A DNA stretch of 64,000 nt from Patescibacteria group bacterium (GCA_004321885.1 SCQK01000007.1:32001-96000); one strand, 5' to 3'. Positions 20,549 through 31,018 are shown, counted from the stretch's first letter. Numbers and translations: made by a program. The notes: a model not told the origin generated them from the sequence alone.

Positions 20549-20815
20549 TACGTACAATGAAAAGGCGGGTATATGAATTGCCCCGCCAACACAGTCGGAC
20601 ACGGATTTATGCATGCTATCCAGTTGTTCCAGACCCATATAGTATGTATCAACCCGTATCCACGACAAGCATGGAGGTGTGTTAGAGGGTGGCACTGGCG
20701 CAAGCTCGTCTGCTTCTTTAACACATCTTCTTGGATGCGGTTTCTAAGGGGGGGTTTCACTCCCCCAAAAACTATTAAAACCCCGTTGCCTTAATTGGCA
20801 ACGGGGTTTGTTTTC
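20549..20815 (+). ncRNA. Predicted orphan non-coding RNA of about 265 nt, class unknown. It runs from the consensus promoter to a strong intrinsic terminator.
   Basis: There is no credible ORF (only a Cys/Trp-rich 73 aa frame). It is GC-rich and hairpin-rich. The terminator is at 20777-20815. Confidence 0.4.
20777..20815. terminator. Bidirectional rho-independent terminator. It serves the putative ncRNA on the plus strand and the VanW gene on the minus strand.
   Basis: aaaaccccgttgccttaattggcaacggggtttgtttt, with a stem flanked by A and T runs. Confidence 0.65.
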
Positions 20816-20820
20816 GCGCA

Positions 20821-20864
20821 CTATGGCTCCACAGCCCCGACTAAGTCGGGGACTATGGAGCCAG
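20821..20864. repeat. Palindromic element of about 43 bp, identical to the copy at 39904-39944.
   Basis: ctatggctccacagccccgactaagtcggggactatggagccag. Confidence 0.8.
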
Positions 20865-22773
20865 CGGCTGTCGTTCCATCAATCGTACTGGTGGCTCCGC
20901 CAGCCGGCGGATCCGGCCCCACCATGCAAATCTGGGGCAAGGGCCGGTAATAGCTGTCAAACACCCGCTCAATCTGTTCCGAAGACGAGGTGACGCGCGT
21001 GTAAGTAAAACTGGCCACTGCCCCGCGGAACGCGTTCTGGCATTTTTTCTCGCCTGGTTTCAGCTTGTCGCTCTCAACTGTTTGCGGCTCGCCGGCCGGA
21101 ATCCACTTGCTTACCTTGGGGTGGTCATACCAGCCCTTGCGCCCGTCGCTCTTGCCCCACAAAGTAAAAACCAGACGCTGTTTCACATAGTCAATTTCGG
21201 TTTGCAAAAGCAGGTAGCCACCCGTGTCGTTTAAGAACCGAAAATCAATATCCGGCTCGTAAAGCGTGGCGTCCGTGCCCGGATTGCCGTTGACCGGGTC
21301 CGCGTAATAACCCACCACCAGGGAATGGTTGCGCCTTTGCGTTATCGGCATGCCCGAGTTCATGGCCATTCTAAAAAGCGTGGTGCCTATTTGGCACATG
21401 CCGCCGCCGATTTCGTTTTTTATTTCTTTGCCTTTTATCACGGCCTCGGGCAAAAAACCGACCGCGGCCGTGAACGGCCCGGCGAATTTAATGGCGGAAA
21501 ATTCTTCGCCGGGCGCGATGATAACCCCGTTTAGCCGCCGCACTGCCAAGGCGATATTTTTTATCCGGTTGGTGTGGCTGTCGCGAAAAGTGGAGACGCC
21601 GGCGCCGAGCCTGTCGGTGATGCCCAAATTGTTGGCGTCGGAAACTTTTATATCCGGCTCCATGATACTGACCGATAATGTCAGGGTCTGGGCCCGGCCT
21701 GCCCCTTCGTAATTGCGGGCGCGGAAAATAGCGTCAAGTTCGGCGTAGGTTTTTTCCATATCCAGACTGACGCCCGACTGACTGGCCTGAAATTCTTTCA
21801 CTTTGCCGTCCTCCATCAAAAATTTTGCGTTTTTGGCGGCCACATCCACCGCGGGCTTCACAAAATTCTCCAAATAGGCAAAAACCCTTTCTTTATTCAA
21901 GGCAAACACAAACTCATTGTCAGCCGCGCGCGTTTCCAGCCAATCGGCGTAAACGTTGTTTTTTATGTTCCAATCGCGCCGCTCCTTGGTGCGCGAATCA
22001 ATATAGTTCAAATTCAAATCTCCGGCTGTCAAAACCGCCGGTAATTTTGCCAGTATGGATTCCACGTCCGCTTTATTCACCGAGGGAGAAAAACCGCTTT
22101 GTTTTATTTCAATCGGCGCCAGGGTCAGAGCGGCCATTTTTTGCTCCATTTCCGCGCGCGCTTTGGCTATTTCAAAAATGGCGCCTTTTTTGGCCGGAAC
22201 AATTTCATAGGCGAGCGGCGACAGACTCGTAACTTTCACGTTGGCGTCGCGCGGATTTTCGGCCGCCGGGGCCAAATCGCTTTTAAGCTGTTCAACTAAT
22301 TTATTATCCGTCTGAATTTGCGCCTGAATTTTTTCCTTAAAAATCAAAAAAGAAGGCGGCAATAAAAGGTCTTTCCACCACGGCCCGCCCCGCCCGGCGC
22401 CGAACGCCAAGGCGGCGGTTTCGGCGCTTTTGACGCTGGCCAGCTCCACCGAAGAATCGCCGGCCGGCACCGCGTCTATTTTTAAATCAATTTTCTCGCC
22501 GCTTTTGGGATGATAATAAAAAAAATCAATGCCGTCTTTGGCGATTTTGTCGTTGTAAATTTCCAAAAATTCTGTCGCCTTTTCCGCGCTTAGGCCGCCC
22601 AAGTGATATTGGCCGATGTAAACGCCCGGATAAACTTTATTTTTATAAATCTGCTGATAGGCAAAAGCCGAGGCAACCGCAAAGAGCGCCAAACCAACCA
22701 GCGCAATGAGTGCGAACAGCGCGCTTTTGAGCATGGAATTTTTCTTTTCTGCGGGAGGATTTTTTTCAACCAT
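20821..22773 (-). CDS. VanW-family protein with an N-terminal membrane anchor. The C-terminal tail is encoded by a palindromic element.
   Basis: VanW core GGGMCQIGTTLFRMAMNSGMPITQRRNHS. N-terminal TM ALFALIALVGLALFAV. The last 30 codons overlap the element 20821-20864. Confidence 0.7.
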   Translation of the reverse strand: MVEKNPPAEKKNSMLKSALFALIALVGLALFAVASAFAYQQIYKNKVYPGVYIGQYHLGGLSAEKATEFLEIYNDKIAKDGIDFFYYHPKSGEKIDLKIDAVPAGDSSVELASVKSAETAALAFGAGRGGPWWKDLLLPPSFLIFKEKIQAQIQTDNKLVEQLKSDLAPAAENPRDANVKVTSLSPLAYEIVPAKKGAIFEIAKARAEMEQKMAALTLAPIEIKQSGFSPSVNKADVESILAKLPAVLTAGDLNLNYIDSRTKERRDWNIKNNVYADWLETRAADNEFVFALNKERVFAYLENFVKPAVDVAAKNAKFLMEDGKVKEFQASQSGVSLDMEKTYAELDAIFRARNYEGAGRAQTLTLSVSIMEPDIKVSDANNLGITDRLGAGVSTFRDSHTNRIKNIALAVRRLNGVIIAPGEEFSAIKFAGPFTAAVGFLPEAVIKGKEIKNEIGGGMCQIGTTLFRMAMNSGMPITQRRNHSLVVGYYADPVNGNPGTDATLYEPDIDFRFLNDTGGYLLLQTEIDYVKQRLVFTLWGKSDGRKGWYDHPKVSKWIPAGEPQTVESDKLKPGEKKCQNAFRGAVASFTYTRVTSSSEQIERVFDSYYRPLPQICMVGPDPPAGGATSTIDGTTAAGSIVPDLVGAVEP

Positions 22774-22774
22774 A

Positions 22775-23206
22775 CTATTCCCCTATCACCAAAATAGGGA
22801 TTTCGCGCTTGGCGCCGGCCTTGGGCAGGCGCACTGTCAAAACGCCGTTTTTGTATTCGGCTTTGGTCAGTTCCGCCTTCACGTCCACTGGCAAAACAAT
22901 GGTGCGCGAAAATTTTCCCCAATAGCACTCGCGGCAAAAATGCTCGGAACCGGCCGGAGACGGGTCGCGCCGCCAGCCGCGTATAGTAAGCAAATCATTG
23001 TGCAAATGCAACTCTATGTCGCCCGGCTCGGTGCCGGCCATGGTCGCTATTATTACCAGCTCGTCGTCTGTTTGCGCCACGTCCAAGACCAACTGGCCCT
23101 CGCTGTCCTGCTCTTCCCAGGCGCCGCTGTCTGGCGGACGCAAAAGAGAAAGGATGGACAGGTCGTCACCCTCGGCGCTAATCGGCAATTGTTTTTTTTC
23201 AAACAT
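22775..23206 (-). CDS. Hsp20 / alpha-crystallin family small heat-shock protein.
   Basis: Alpha-crystallin domain ..DVAQTDDELVIIATMAG..GVLTVRLPK. Confidence 0.75.
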   Translation of the reverse strand: MFEKKQLPISAEGDDLSILSLLRPPDSGAWEEQDSEGQLVLDVAQTDDELVIIATMAGTEPGDIELHLHNDLLTIRGWRRDPSPAGSEHFCRECYWGKFSRTIVLPVDVKAELTKAEYKNGVLTVRLPKAGAKREIPILVIGE

Positions 23207-23207
23207 A

Positions 23208-24107
23208 TTATTTTTGGCAGTTTCCACAAAAACTCGTTCCCCGGCCCGCAATTTTCCTTTTTTGAATTATACCCTTTTTGCACCGCAGGCACTTCATGCC
23301 CTGGCGGCCGTAGACTTTAAGAAACTCGGTAAACTTGCCTTTTTGCCCGCGCGCGTTCGCGTAATTCCTGAATGTCGTGCCACCGTATTTAAGGGCCTGG
23401 CGCAAAACCGATTTTATCGCCCTAAACAGCGCGGCCTTTTCTTTTTCCGTCAAACTCGCCGCCGGCCTTCCTGGCAAAACACCGGCGCTAAAACATATCT
23501 CATCGGCGTAAATGTTTCCGATGCCGGCGATAAGCGCCTGGTCCAAAAGCGCGGCTTTGAGCAGGGATTTTTCCCGGCCGGCCAGAATCCTCTTAAATTC
23601 CGCTAAATTAAACTTTTTTGAAAACGGCTCAATTCCGTAGGCGCGCTCAACTTTATTTTTCTCGGCTTCACCCGCCAAGCGCAAATAGCCGAAACGTCTC
23701 ATGTCATTAAAATACAACTTGGAGTCGTCGGAAAACACAAACGCGGCGCGCGTGTAAGCCGTTGGCAAAGTGTCCGGATTAATTACCGGCAAATTATGCC
23801 CGCCCCCACACCAAAATTTTTGGTGTGGGGGCCCGCCGGCTACTACTTTCTTCCCTGCCGCGTAGATTAGCTGTCCAGTCATTTTCAAGTGAACCAGCAA
23901 ATATTTTTTGGCCGACAGGCTAAATACCAACAGCTTTCCCAGCCGCTCTATTCTTACAAATTTTTTCCCTTTAATTTCAGAAACAAACTTTTCCGCATTT
24001 CCTTTTACCGGACTTTTTTTTGCAATCTCAATCTGCACGATTTTCTTGTTCAAAATACTCTTTTCCAGACCCTTGCGTATTGTTTCCACTTCGGGCAGTT
24101 CGGGCAT
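23208..24107 (-). CDS. mutM: Formamidopyrimidine-DNA glycosylase. It contains an in-frame palindromic insertion (..GGPPHQKFWCGGGHN..).
   Basis: MPELPEVETIRKGL N-terminus, C-terminal zinc finger CxxC..CxxC. The element cccgcccccacaccaaaatttttggtgtgggggcccgcc at 23796-23832 lies inside the CDS. Confidence 0.8.
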   Translation of the reverse strand: MPELPEVETIRKGLEKSILNKKIVQIEIAKKSPVKGNAEKFVSEIKGKKFVRIERLGKLLVFSLSAKKYLLVHLKMTGQLIYAAGKKVVAGGPPHQKFWCGGGHNLPVINPDTLPTAYTRAAFVFSDDSKLYFNDMRRFGYLRLAGEAEKNKVERAYGIEPFSKKFNLAEFKRILAGREKSLLKAALLDQALIAGIGNIYADEICFSAGVLPGRPAASLTEKEKAALFRAIKSVLRQALKYGGTTFRNYANARGQKGKFTEFLKVYGRQGMKCLRCKKGIIQKRKIAGRGTSFCGNCQK

Positions 24108-24229
24108 ATTTTTTCTGACTATAAGTTTGGCGAGCAAACTCATGTATTCCCGATAACTATATAATATCAAATATTGTTTCTGCCGTAAAGAAAAACTGGT
24201 CGCCTGCGGCGACCAGTTTTTCTTTTAGT

Positions 24230-26917
24230 TTACCAATCTTTCACCAGATAACTCCTCCACACGCTGGACTTGGCTTTGCTCGTCGTAATCACGCTTTGAA
24301 ACAGCGCCAACTGCGACGCAGGCCGGCGGAAGAAACTGGCCACGCGATAAGCGCGCAGTACCTGCTCCTCCACGGCCGGCACGTCAAACTTTTTCAAATT
24401 CGCCTTGTTCAAACCGCTGCGGAGCTGCTTTTCCAAATCCGATGGCACGCTTATCTTGAGCGAATCTTCTATCTGCTCCTGCAGGTTCGCGGCCGCGTCC
24501 CAATTATCCATCACATCGCTCGCGTTCATTTCGTCAAGCCTCACCTTGGCCGCTTCCCTTAAATTTTCAGTCCGGTCTTTCAAATCCTCAAGCAGGGCTT
24601 TCAGCTCGCTGACGTCTTTTTTGCTCTTGGCCAGGCGGTTAATTCTCGCCTCATAGCGCTTGATGGCGGCCGCCAATTTATTCACCGAAGCCTTCAAACT
24701 GGTCATGCCGCGCAAGCCGGACATAGACGCGTCGGCCTCTTGCAGCTTGTCAATAATCTGCTCCTGCACAAAATCAAACGGCTCTTGCTCCAGATAGTCG
24801 TTGGTTTTTAATTTGTCATAGGCCGTGCGCGCCTCGGCGATTTTATCGCCGATGACTTTAAGCTGGGCCTCGGCGTCCACGTTTAATTTTTCCATCAAAA
24901 CAACCACGCGCTTGTATTCTTTCTCGCGCCGCGCGATATTTTGCGTAATCATCGGGGCCACTTTCAGCAAACGGCTAAGCTGTTCCAGCCGCACCAGCCA
25001 TTCGTTCAGGCCGTCAAAAATATCAGCCAATGCTTCGCCGGCATCGCGCGCCTCTTCAAAGGTTTTGGCTTCTTTTATCTGCTCCACCAATTTCTGGCCG
25101 CTGTCCAGCAATTCTTTCAAAGATTGCGGCAGGCTGTAGCCGCGCTTTTCCAAGAGTGTGGCGCGATTTTTAAGCGATATGAATTGCCGCGACACCTCGG
25201 CCATCTTGCGCTTCAATTGCTTCAAGGCCTTCTCCTGCATTTCTCTGTCGCGCTCGGACATGTCGGTGTCGTTGTTGGAAATCAGCTCGTTCTTCAGGTC
25301 GCGCAAAATCTGCACATCGTCGCTAATCGCTTCCAAAGTGTCAAAGGCCGTCATATCCAGGGGCGTATTCTGTATTTTTTCGCGCAAGCCCGTGATTTTA
25401 TCCATGGACGCGGAGTCGCTCAATTTTTTGAACGTGCCCCACAAGGAATCCAATGTTCTGTTTAATGATTTCTTCTTTTGCTCTATGGTTTTAATTTGAT
25501 GCTCGGTTAATAGTTCTTTTACCTCAACCACAGTCTTGCACACGCCCGAAGACGAGCAATAGCCCGTACTGCCCTCGGTTTTATCCAGACACCAGGTGCC
25601 GCCCTTGGCCGCGCAAACCGCGATGGGGTCTTCGGTTTTTACCGGGCAGGCCGTGCCTTCGGTTACCTTTGAGCCATCGGAACAAATAATATAGGTAACG
25701 GGCTTGGGACAGACAGCCGTGCTTTCCACCGAAGAACCATCCGGACAAGTCTTGTAAGTGATGACCGGAATGATTTGAAGACTCGCGGTCGGACAGGCGG
25801 ATAATTTAGTTACCGCAGTGAAGTTATCCGGACAGATCATTTGGCCCGTTGGCGCGGCTTTCATGCAAACACTGCCGGCGCTCATGCACCAGCCGCTCAT
25901 GGCCGTACTACTATAGGTACCGGTAAATTCGCACCAAGTGGCGCCCTTGGCCTTGCAGTCCGTGGAATTAGACGGCGTCATCGGGCAAGCCCCCCAGCTA
26001 TCGGCAAAGCTGTTGTCCCAGCAGGTAACTTTGCCGCTGGGCGCGGCAGGCGCGCAAGTACTACCTTTTGGATTGCAGTAGCCGCCTGAACTCATGGAAC
26101 CGGAATAATTTGATTTGCACCAAACCCCCTGAAATTTTGTACAGTCAGATTCATTGCTGGGCCAGGTCATTGTTTCGTAATTCGTGGGGCATTTGGACCA
26201 GTCTGTCACTTTGGTAACTCCATCGGAACAAGTCATGGTAGTTGCCGGGCATTTAGAGCTGTCGGTTACCTTGGTGCCGTCGGAGCAAGTATAACTGTTG
26301 TCCGGACAAGAACTGCCCGCGGTTTGACACCAGCCCCCGCCATAAGAACTTGTACACCAACTTCGGCCCTTGGCCGTGCAGGTGGCCTGGTCATAAATAG
26401 GACAGGTGGTATTGTTTGTGGCGCACCAGCCAGTGCCGCCGCTGGTGCTCGCGCACCACTCCCCGTTTTGAGCCTTGCAGGACGCTTCATCATTGGCCGG
26501 ACAATTTTCGCCGGTATTCGCGCACCAGCCCGAACCGCCGTAAGAGCTCGTGCACCATTTTCTGCTTTTAGCCACGCAGGTCGCTTCGTCGTTTATCGGG
26601 CACCCATAGCCGCCGGTGGAACACCAGCCGCCCGTGGCCCCGCCGCTGTACGTGCACCATTCGCCGCTTTGGGCCGTGCACGAAGCCGCGTCATAAGCCG
26701 GGCACGGACTGGTGGAATATGAACACCAGCCAGTAACGCCGTCGGAATTCTTGCACCATTTACCATTGCCCGTGGTACAGGTGGTTTCCGGGCTCGTGGT
26801 GGTACCGCTGTTTGTGGAGGTGTCGGTTTGGGCCAAAACTACCCCGACCAAAAAAAGCGCTGACAAAATAAAACTTAGCGATATTAAAAAAAATCGCTTC
26901 CTGATGCCATTGTGCAT
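24230..26917 (-). CDS. Large secreted protein. It has a signal peptide, about 6 tandem Cys-rich repeats (C.A.xG.WC...GG.GWC....CP..D.A.C) and a long coiled-coil C-terminal half.
   Basis: An 895 aa ORF. N-terminal hydrophobic leader. GC-rich repeat region at 25850-26800. Heptad-rich C-terminus. Confidence 0.55.
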   Translation of the reverse strand: MHNGIRKRFFLISLSFILSALFLVGVVLAQTDTSTNSGTTTSPETTCTTGNGKWCKNSDGVTGWCSYSTSPCPAYDAASCTAQSGEWCTYSGGATGGWCSTGGYGCPINDEATCVAKSRKWCTSSYGGSGWCANTGENCPANDEASCKAQNGEWCASTSGGTGWCATNNTTCPIYDQATCTAKGRSWCTSSYGGGWCQTAGSSCPDNSYTCSDGTKVTDSSKCPATTMTCSDGVTKVTDWSKCPTNYETMTWPSNESDCTKFQGVWCKSNYSGSMSSGGYCNPKGSTCAPAAPSGKVTCWDNSFADSWGACPMTPSNSTDCKAKGATWCEFTGTYSSTAMSGWCMSAGSVCMKAAPTGQMICPDNFTAVTKLSACPTASLQIIPVITYKTCPDGSSVESTAVCPKPVTYIICSDGSKVTEGTACPVKTEDPIAVCAAKGGTWCLDKTEGSTGYCSSSGVCKTVVEVKELLTEHQIKTIEQKKKSLNRTLDSLWGTFKKLSDSASMDKITGLREKIQNTPLDMTAFDTLEAISDDVQILRDLKNELISNNDTDMSERDREMQEKALKQLKRKMAEVSRQFISLKNRATLLEKRGYSLPQSLKELLDSGQKLVEQIKEAKTFEEARDAGEALADIFDGLNEWLVRLEQLSRLLKVAPMITQNIARREKEYKRVVVLMEKLNVDAEAQLKVIGDKIAEARTAYDKLKTNDYLEQEPFDFVQEQIIDKLQEADASMSGLRGMTSLKASVNKLAAAIKRYEARINRLAKSKKDVSELKALLEDLKDRTENLREAAKVRLDEMNASDVMDNWDAAANLQEQIEDSLKISVPSDLEKQLRSGLNKANLKKFDVPAVEEQVLRAYRVASFFRRPASQLALFQSVITTSKAKSSVWRSYLVKDW

Positions 26918-27027
26918 ATTTCAATAAGTTAAATAAATACGCGTTCGCGAAAAGCGAACGGATATATTATACCACACTTTCCCGCGGCCTGCATGCAGGG
27001 TCGGATGACCCTGTGGATAAGTTTTAT

Positions 27028-27062
27028 CCCTCCCCTTGATAAGGGGAGGGTTGGGGAGGGGT
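27028..27062. repeat. GGGGAGGG-family palindromic element (intergenic).
   Basis: ccctccccttgataaggggagggttggggaggggt. Confidence 0.6.
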
Positions 27063-27064
27063 AA

Positions 27065-28363
27065 TCAATACCGGTAATGGCCGGGCTTATACGGCCCGTC
27101 CAGCGGCACGCCCAGATAATCGGCCTGCTCTTTCGTCATTTTAGTGAGTTTGACACCGATTTTTTCCAAATGCAAACGCGCCACTTCCTCGTCCATTTCC
27201 TTTGGCAGCATGTGCACGCCGATTTCATATTTTTTAGTCCAGAGTTCTATTTGCGCCAAAACCTGGTTGGAAAAAGAATTGCTCATCACAAAGCTGGGAT
27301 GGCCCGTGGCGCAACCCAAATTCACCAGCCGGCCTTCGGCCAATATATATATGGAATGACCTGGCCCGCCCGCCTTTGGCGGAAAATCATACCTGTCTAC
27401 CTGGGGTTTGATGTTGATTTTTTTCGCGTCCGAAGCGTTCAGTTCCGCCATTTGTATTTCATTATCAAAATGGCCGATGTTGCACACAATGGCCTGGTCT
27501 TTCATTTTTTTAATATGCTCCAGGGTGATGACATCGCGATTGCCCGTGGCCGTAACATAAATGTCGGCGCGGCCGAGCGTGTCTTCCACGGTCGCCACTT
27601 CATAACCCTCCATGGCCGCCTGCAAAGCGCAAATTGGGTCAATCTCGGTCACAATCACTCGGCACCCCTGCCCTCGCAAGGCCTGGGCGCTGCCCTTGCC
27701 CACTTCGCCGAAACCACACACCACCGCCACTTTACCGCCGATCATCACGTCAGTGGCGCGGTTGATGCCGTCTATCAAAGAATGACGACAGCCGTAAATA
27801 TTATCAAATTTGCTTTTAGTAACAGAGTCGTTGACATTAATAGCCGGGAAAAGCAACTTGCCTTGCTCAAAGCGCTGATACAAACGGTGCACGCCCGTGG
27901 TGGTTTCTTCAGACACGCCTTTTATTTCTTTCGCGAGTTCAGGGTGTTTTTCGTGCACAAGCAATGTCACATCGCCCCCATCATCTAAAAGCAAACTCGG
28001 CCCTTTGCCGCCGGTAAATTTCAACGTCTGCTCGGTGCACCACCAATATTCATCCTCGGTTTCACCTTTCCAGGCAAATACCGGCACGCCCGCCTCGGCC
28101 ATAGCCGCGGCCGCGTGGTCTTGGGTGGAAAAAATATTACAGCTGGCCCAGCGTACCTCGGCACCCAGCGCTCGTAGGGTTTCAATCAGCACAGCGGTTT
28201 GGATGGTCATGTGCAAAGAACCGGCAATGCGCGCGTTCGCGAGCGGCTTACTCGCCGAATATTTCTCGCGAATGGCCATCAGCCCGGGCATTTCTTTTTC
28301 CGCCATTTCAATTTCCTTTCTCCCCCACTCGGCCAACGAAATATCTTTTACTTTGTAATCGGA
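27065..28363 (-). CDS. ahcY: Adenosylhomocysteinase (S-adenosyl-L-homocysteine hydrolase).
   Basis: Diagnostic AhcY sequence throughout, including the NAD-binding [13 protein letters not shown] and the C-terminal ..PYKPGHYRY. Confidence 0.9.
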   Translation of the reverse strand, partial: SDYKVKDISLAEWGRKEIEMAEKEMPGLMAIREKYSASKPLANARIAGSLHMTIQTAVLIETLRALGAEVRWASCNIFSTQDHAAAAMAEAGVPVFAWKGETEDEYWWCTEQTLKFTGGKGPSLLLDDGGDVTLLVHEKHPELAKEIKGVSEETTTGVHRLYQRFEQGKLLFPAINVNDSVTKSKFDNIYGCRHSLIDGINRATDVMIGGKVAVVCGFGEVGKGSAQALRGQGCRVIVTEIDPICALQAAMEGYEVATVEDTLGRADIYVTATGNRDVITLEHIKKMKDQAIVCNIGHFDNEIQMAELNASDAKKINIKPQVDRYDFPPKAGGPGHSIYILAEGRLVNLGCATGHPSFVMSNSFSNQVLAQIELWTKKYEIGVHMLPKEMDEEVARLHLEKIGVKLTKMTKEQADYLGVPLDGPYKPGHYRY

Positions 28364-28374
28364 CATACGAAATT

Positions 28375-29316
28375 TTATTCTAATTTTAACTCCTCCCCAA
28401 ACGCTTTTTTGTAACGCTCGCAAAATTCTTTTTTGGTAAAATTATGCGCCTGGGTGCCGAAGGTTTCTATGGCGTAGCTGGCGGCCACGGCCCCCATCTG
28501 ACCGCACATTTTCCAGTTGTAGCCGCGCTCAAATCCGACTAAAAATCCGGCGCGATAAGCATCGCCGGCGCCGGTCGGGTCGTCAAACGACAACGGCGGG
28601 CAAGAACCTACTTTCACCTCCTCGCCTTCGGCTGTCTTGATGATAGACCCGCGCTCGCCCAAAGTGACAATCAGCACCTTGGCGTTTTTCAAAATCTCGT
28701 TCGCGTCCCAGCCCGTGCGCTCTTCCAATAATTTTATTTCATAGTCATTGCCAATCACGAAATGCGCCTGGCTGAGCATTTTTTGCAATTCTTCGCCGGT
28801 AAAGGCCGTGATTTGCTGACCCGGGTCAAACATGGCCTTGGCGCCGAAAGTGGCGCATTCGTGCATGTGCTTTTGCATGGCTTCTTTTTGCGTGGGCGAC
28901 ACGATGGCCAGCTCAAACTTTTCTTTCACCGCTTCCAGCGAATCCACGTTGGCCAGTGGGCCGTTGTAAAAAGCAGTAATCTGGTTGTCGTCGGCGTCAG
29001 TGGTGATATAGGCCGAAGCCGTGGATTGTTTTTTATCAATTTTAATATTGGCCGCGTCAATACCGTTTTTTTTCAAATAATCCAAATAATCACTACCGTC
29101 GGCGCCGACAGCCGACACCACCAACGGTTCCGCGCCGAGCAATTTCATGGTGTAAGCAATGTTACCGGCCGTGCCTCCCCAGCTACGTTCCAACCTATCC
29201 ACCACAAAACAAACATTCAAAATATGAATGTTGTCCGGCATGATGTGGTTCTTAAAGCTGTCCGGAAAATTCATGATGTTATCGTAAACCAACGACCCGG
29301 AAACGAGTATGGGCAT
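28375..29316 (-). CDS. PfkB-family carbohydrate/nucleoside kinase. Given the adjacency to ahcY, it is possibly an adenosine kinase.
   Basis: [13 protein letters not shown] PfkB signature 2. [10 protein letters not shown]-terminal motif. Confidence 0.7.
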   Translation of the reverse strand: MPILVSGSLVYDNIMNFPDSFKNHIMPDNIHILNVCFVVDRLERSWGGTAGNIAYTMKLLGAEPLVVSAVGADGSDYLDYLKKNGIDAANIKIDKKQSTASAYITTDADDNQITAFYNGPLANVDSLEAVKEKFELAIVSPTQKEAMQKHMHECATFGAKAMFDPGQQITAFTGEELQKMLSQAHFVIGNDYEIKLLEERTGWDANEILKNAKVLIVTLGERGSIIKTAEGEEVKVGSCPPLSFDDPTGAGDAYRAGFLVGFERGYNWKMCGQMGAVAASYAIETFGTQAHNFTKKEFCERYKKAFGEELKLE

Positions 29317-29325
29317 AAATAAAAG

Positions 29326-29526
29326 TTAAGCTACTTTTTCTCCACTTTGCTCCTGCATTTCTTGTTGTGCTCTCCGCAAACGCTCTTGACCTTCAACTCT
29401 CATTTGTCTATCAATCGCTGTCTCGGGCTTCTCTTCCTTATGTCCTTGTTCTTCCGGCTCATGCCAGGCAGCGTCTTTTAACCTTATCCTTCTCATACCT
29501 TCGGGTGTAAATCTTTTTCCTATCAT
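29326..29526 (-). CDS. Small charged hypothetical protein.
   Basis: A 66 aa ORF that fits the gap between genes. No recognisable domain. Confidence 0.3.
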   Translation of the reverse strand: MIGKRFTPEGMRRIRLKDAAWHEPEEQGHKEEKPETAIDRQMRVEGQERLRRAQQEMQEQSGEKVA

Positions 29527-29552
29527 AAAAATTTAAGTTAAAAAATTAATAG

Positions 29553-30926
29553 CTATGGAATCGTAATGTCGCCAGACCAAATATTGTTCGGTCCGTATTC
29601 AAAATACGGCTGTTTGTCGGTCGTCACTTCTATATCAAAATGGTAGGTCTGCCCGGAAACAAACGGGTCAATGACGCGTGGCGCGCCTGAAGAGGACCGG
29701 CCGCGATAAAAGAAAAAAGACTTGGTTGAAAGGCGGTTTATTCTGGCCGCGAAAGTGGCGTCGTAATAATAGCAATCGCCGCACCCGCCATCAATGTCTA
29801 TCACGCCCAAAAAGTCGGCCCCGCCCGCATTACGCAAAATCATTTTTACATTGCCGTATCCCCTCTGCCCGCTAAACGTGCCCGGATTATCCGGCTCCAG
29901 GCGGTCAATAATAATATCCGGCAAAAGCACGCTGACGTAAATTTGACGGGTGACGGTCTGGCCGTAAAAATTTTTGGCGAATAGGCGATAATATCCGCTG
30001 TGGCTGGGACTGACTTCTGTATTGCCTGTGCCGGAAGTCGCCGATGAAGACGAATACACCTCTCTCGCTTCGCCGGCATCCCCAAGCCGGTCTTCTTCTA
30101 CGGCTATGCTTTGCGCGTCTCTCACTTCCCAAGACAAGCGCACCGGCCCGTATTCACGCTCCAACCGCTCGGGACTGGCGGAAAAAGACGCTATGGTCGG
30201 CACCGGATAATCCGGCAAACTGTATTCCTGCGGCGCGACCGCAATCATGAAAACGGCCCCGTCTTTATCATCTTTATCATAAACCGCGGCGGCGGAGGAA
30301 AGGCGCGCGCCAAGGGCCGCGTACCACGGCGATTTCTGGCTTAAAATCTTGCCGCTGTCCGCGCTCACCGCGTATTCTGTCTTGACGCTCCAAGGAATAA
30401 AATAAAACAGCTTAAAAGGTTCTTTGAGCGCCACTTTGTAAACCGGTTTGCCGTTTTGCGCGGCCAAAGACAGGCTGGCCACCTCGGCTTTGGCTTGTCT
30501 GGCTACGGCCAAAGCCCGGGCGTAAAATTCCGGCGGCGCGAGTTTCACCGCCATTTTCTTGCCGTCTTTGGTTAAATAAAGCTTGCCTTTTTCTATGGCC
30601 GCTGTTCCGTCAATCAATACCCCCGCTTCTTTGCCGGCAACATTAAATCGCGCGCTTGTTTGCCCGTTGTTTTTTGACACTGTCATTTCGTAAAACACAT
30701 TTTTATTCTGGGAAAGCAATAACGCCGGCCTGGGGGCTTGAACCGCCGCTACCGGCGCCGCTAACTTGGCCGCGGCTTTGATTTGAGCTCGTATCGGAAC
30801 CAGCGAAGGCGCCTTGGGCGCGAGGGTAATGGCAGACGCCAGACCGGGCGCGAATGCCGCCGCGAAAAATACGGATAAAATTATGATTGTCTGCATATAT
30901 TTTGTATATATCTTATATCTTACCAT
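29553..30926 (-). CDS. Secreted hypothetical protein with a signal peptide.
   Basis: N-terminal IIILSVFFAAAFAPGLASA. A 457 aa ORF. Confidence 0.5.
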   Translation of the reverse strand: MVRYKIYTKYMQTIIILSVFFAAAFAPGLASAITLAPKAPSLVPIRAQIKAAAKLAAPVAAVQAPRPALLLSQNKNVFYEMTVSKNNGQTSARFNVAGKEAGVLIDGTAAIEKGKLYLTKDGKKMAVKLAPPEFYARALAVARQAKAEVASLSLAAQNGKPVYKVALKEPFKLFYFIPWSVKTEYAVSADSGKILSQKSPWYAALGARLSSAAAVYDKDDKDGAVFMIAVAPQEYSLPDYPVPTIASFSASPERLEREYGPVRLSWEVRDAQSIAVEEDRLGDAGEAREVYSSSSATSGTGNTEVSPSHSGYYRLFAKNFYGQTVTRQIYVSVLLPDIIIDRLEPDNPGTFSGQRGYGNVKMILRNAGGADFLGVIDIDGGCGDCYYYDATFAARINRLSTKSFFFYRGRSSSGAPRVIDPFVSGQTYHFDIEVTTDKQPYFEYGPNNIWSGDITIP

Positions 30927-31018
30927 TAAAAGAAAAAATAGGCAAAAGGCGAATTTTGTGGTATATTATAGCCGCTCATTTTAACATATTTATTTCAACA
31001 TATTAAAATATCAATACT

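Noticed and set aside
20573-20794. A 73 aa ORF inside the putative ncRNA.
   Set aside because: Its composition is rich in Cys, Trp, His and Arg. There is no RBS. It sits in GC-rich structured sequence and is more plausibly non-coding.
20549-20815. Assignment of the orphan RNA to tmRNA, RNase P RNA, SRP RNA or 6S RNA.
   Set aside because: I could not find the tRNA-like GGTTCGAATCC/CCA end of tmRNA, the AGGAAAGTCCGGGC motif of RNase P, or the SRP domain IV motif. The class is left open.
27077-27988. A 303 aa plus-strand ORF, antisense to adenosylhomocysteinase.
   Set aside because: The minus-strand ahcY is unambiguous over its full length. The antisense translation has no domain features.
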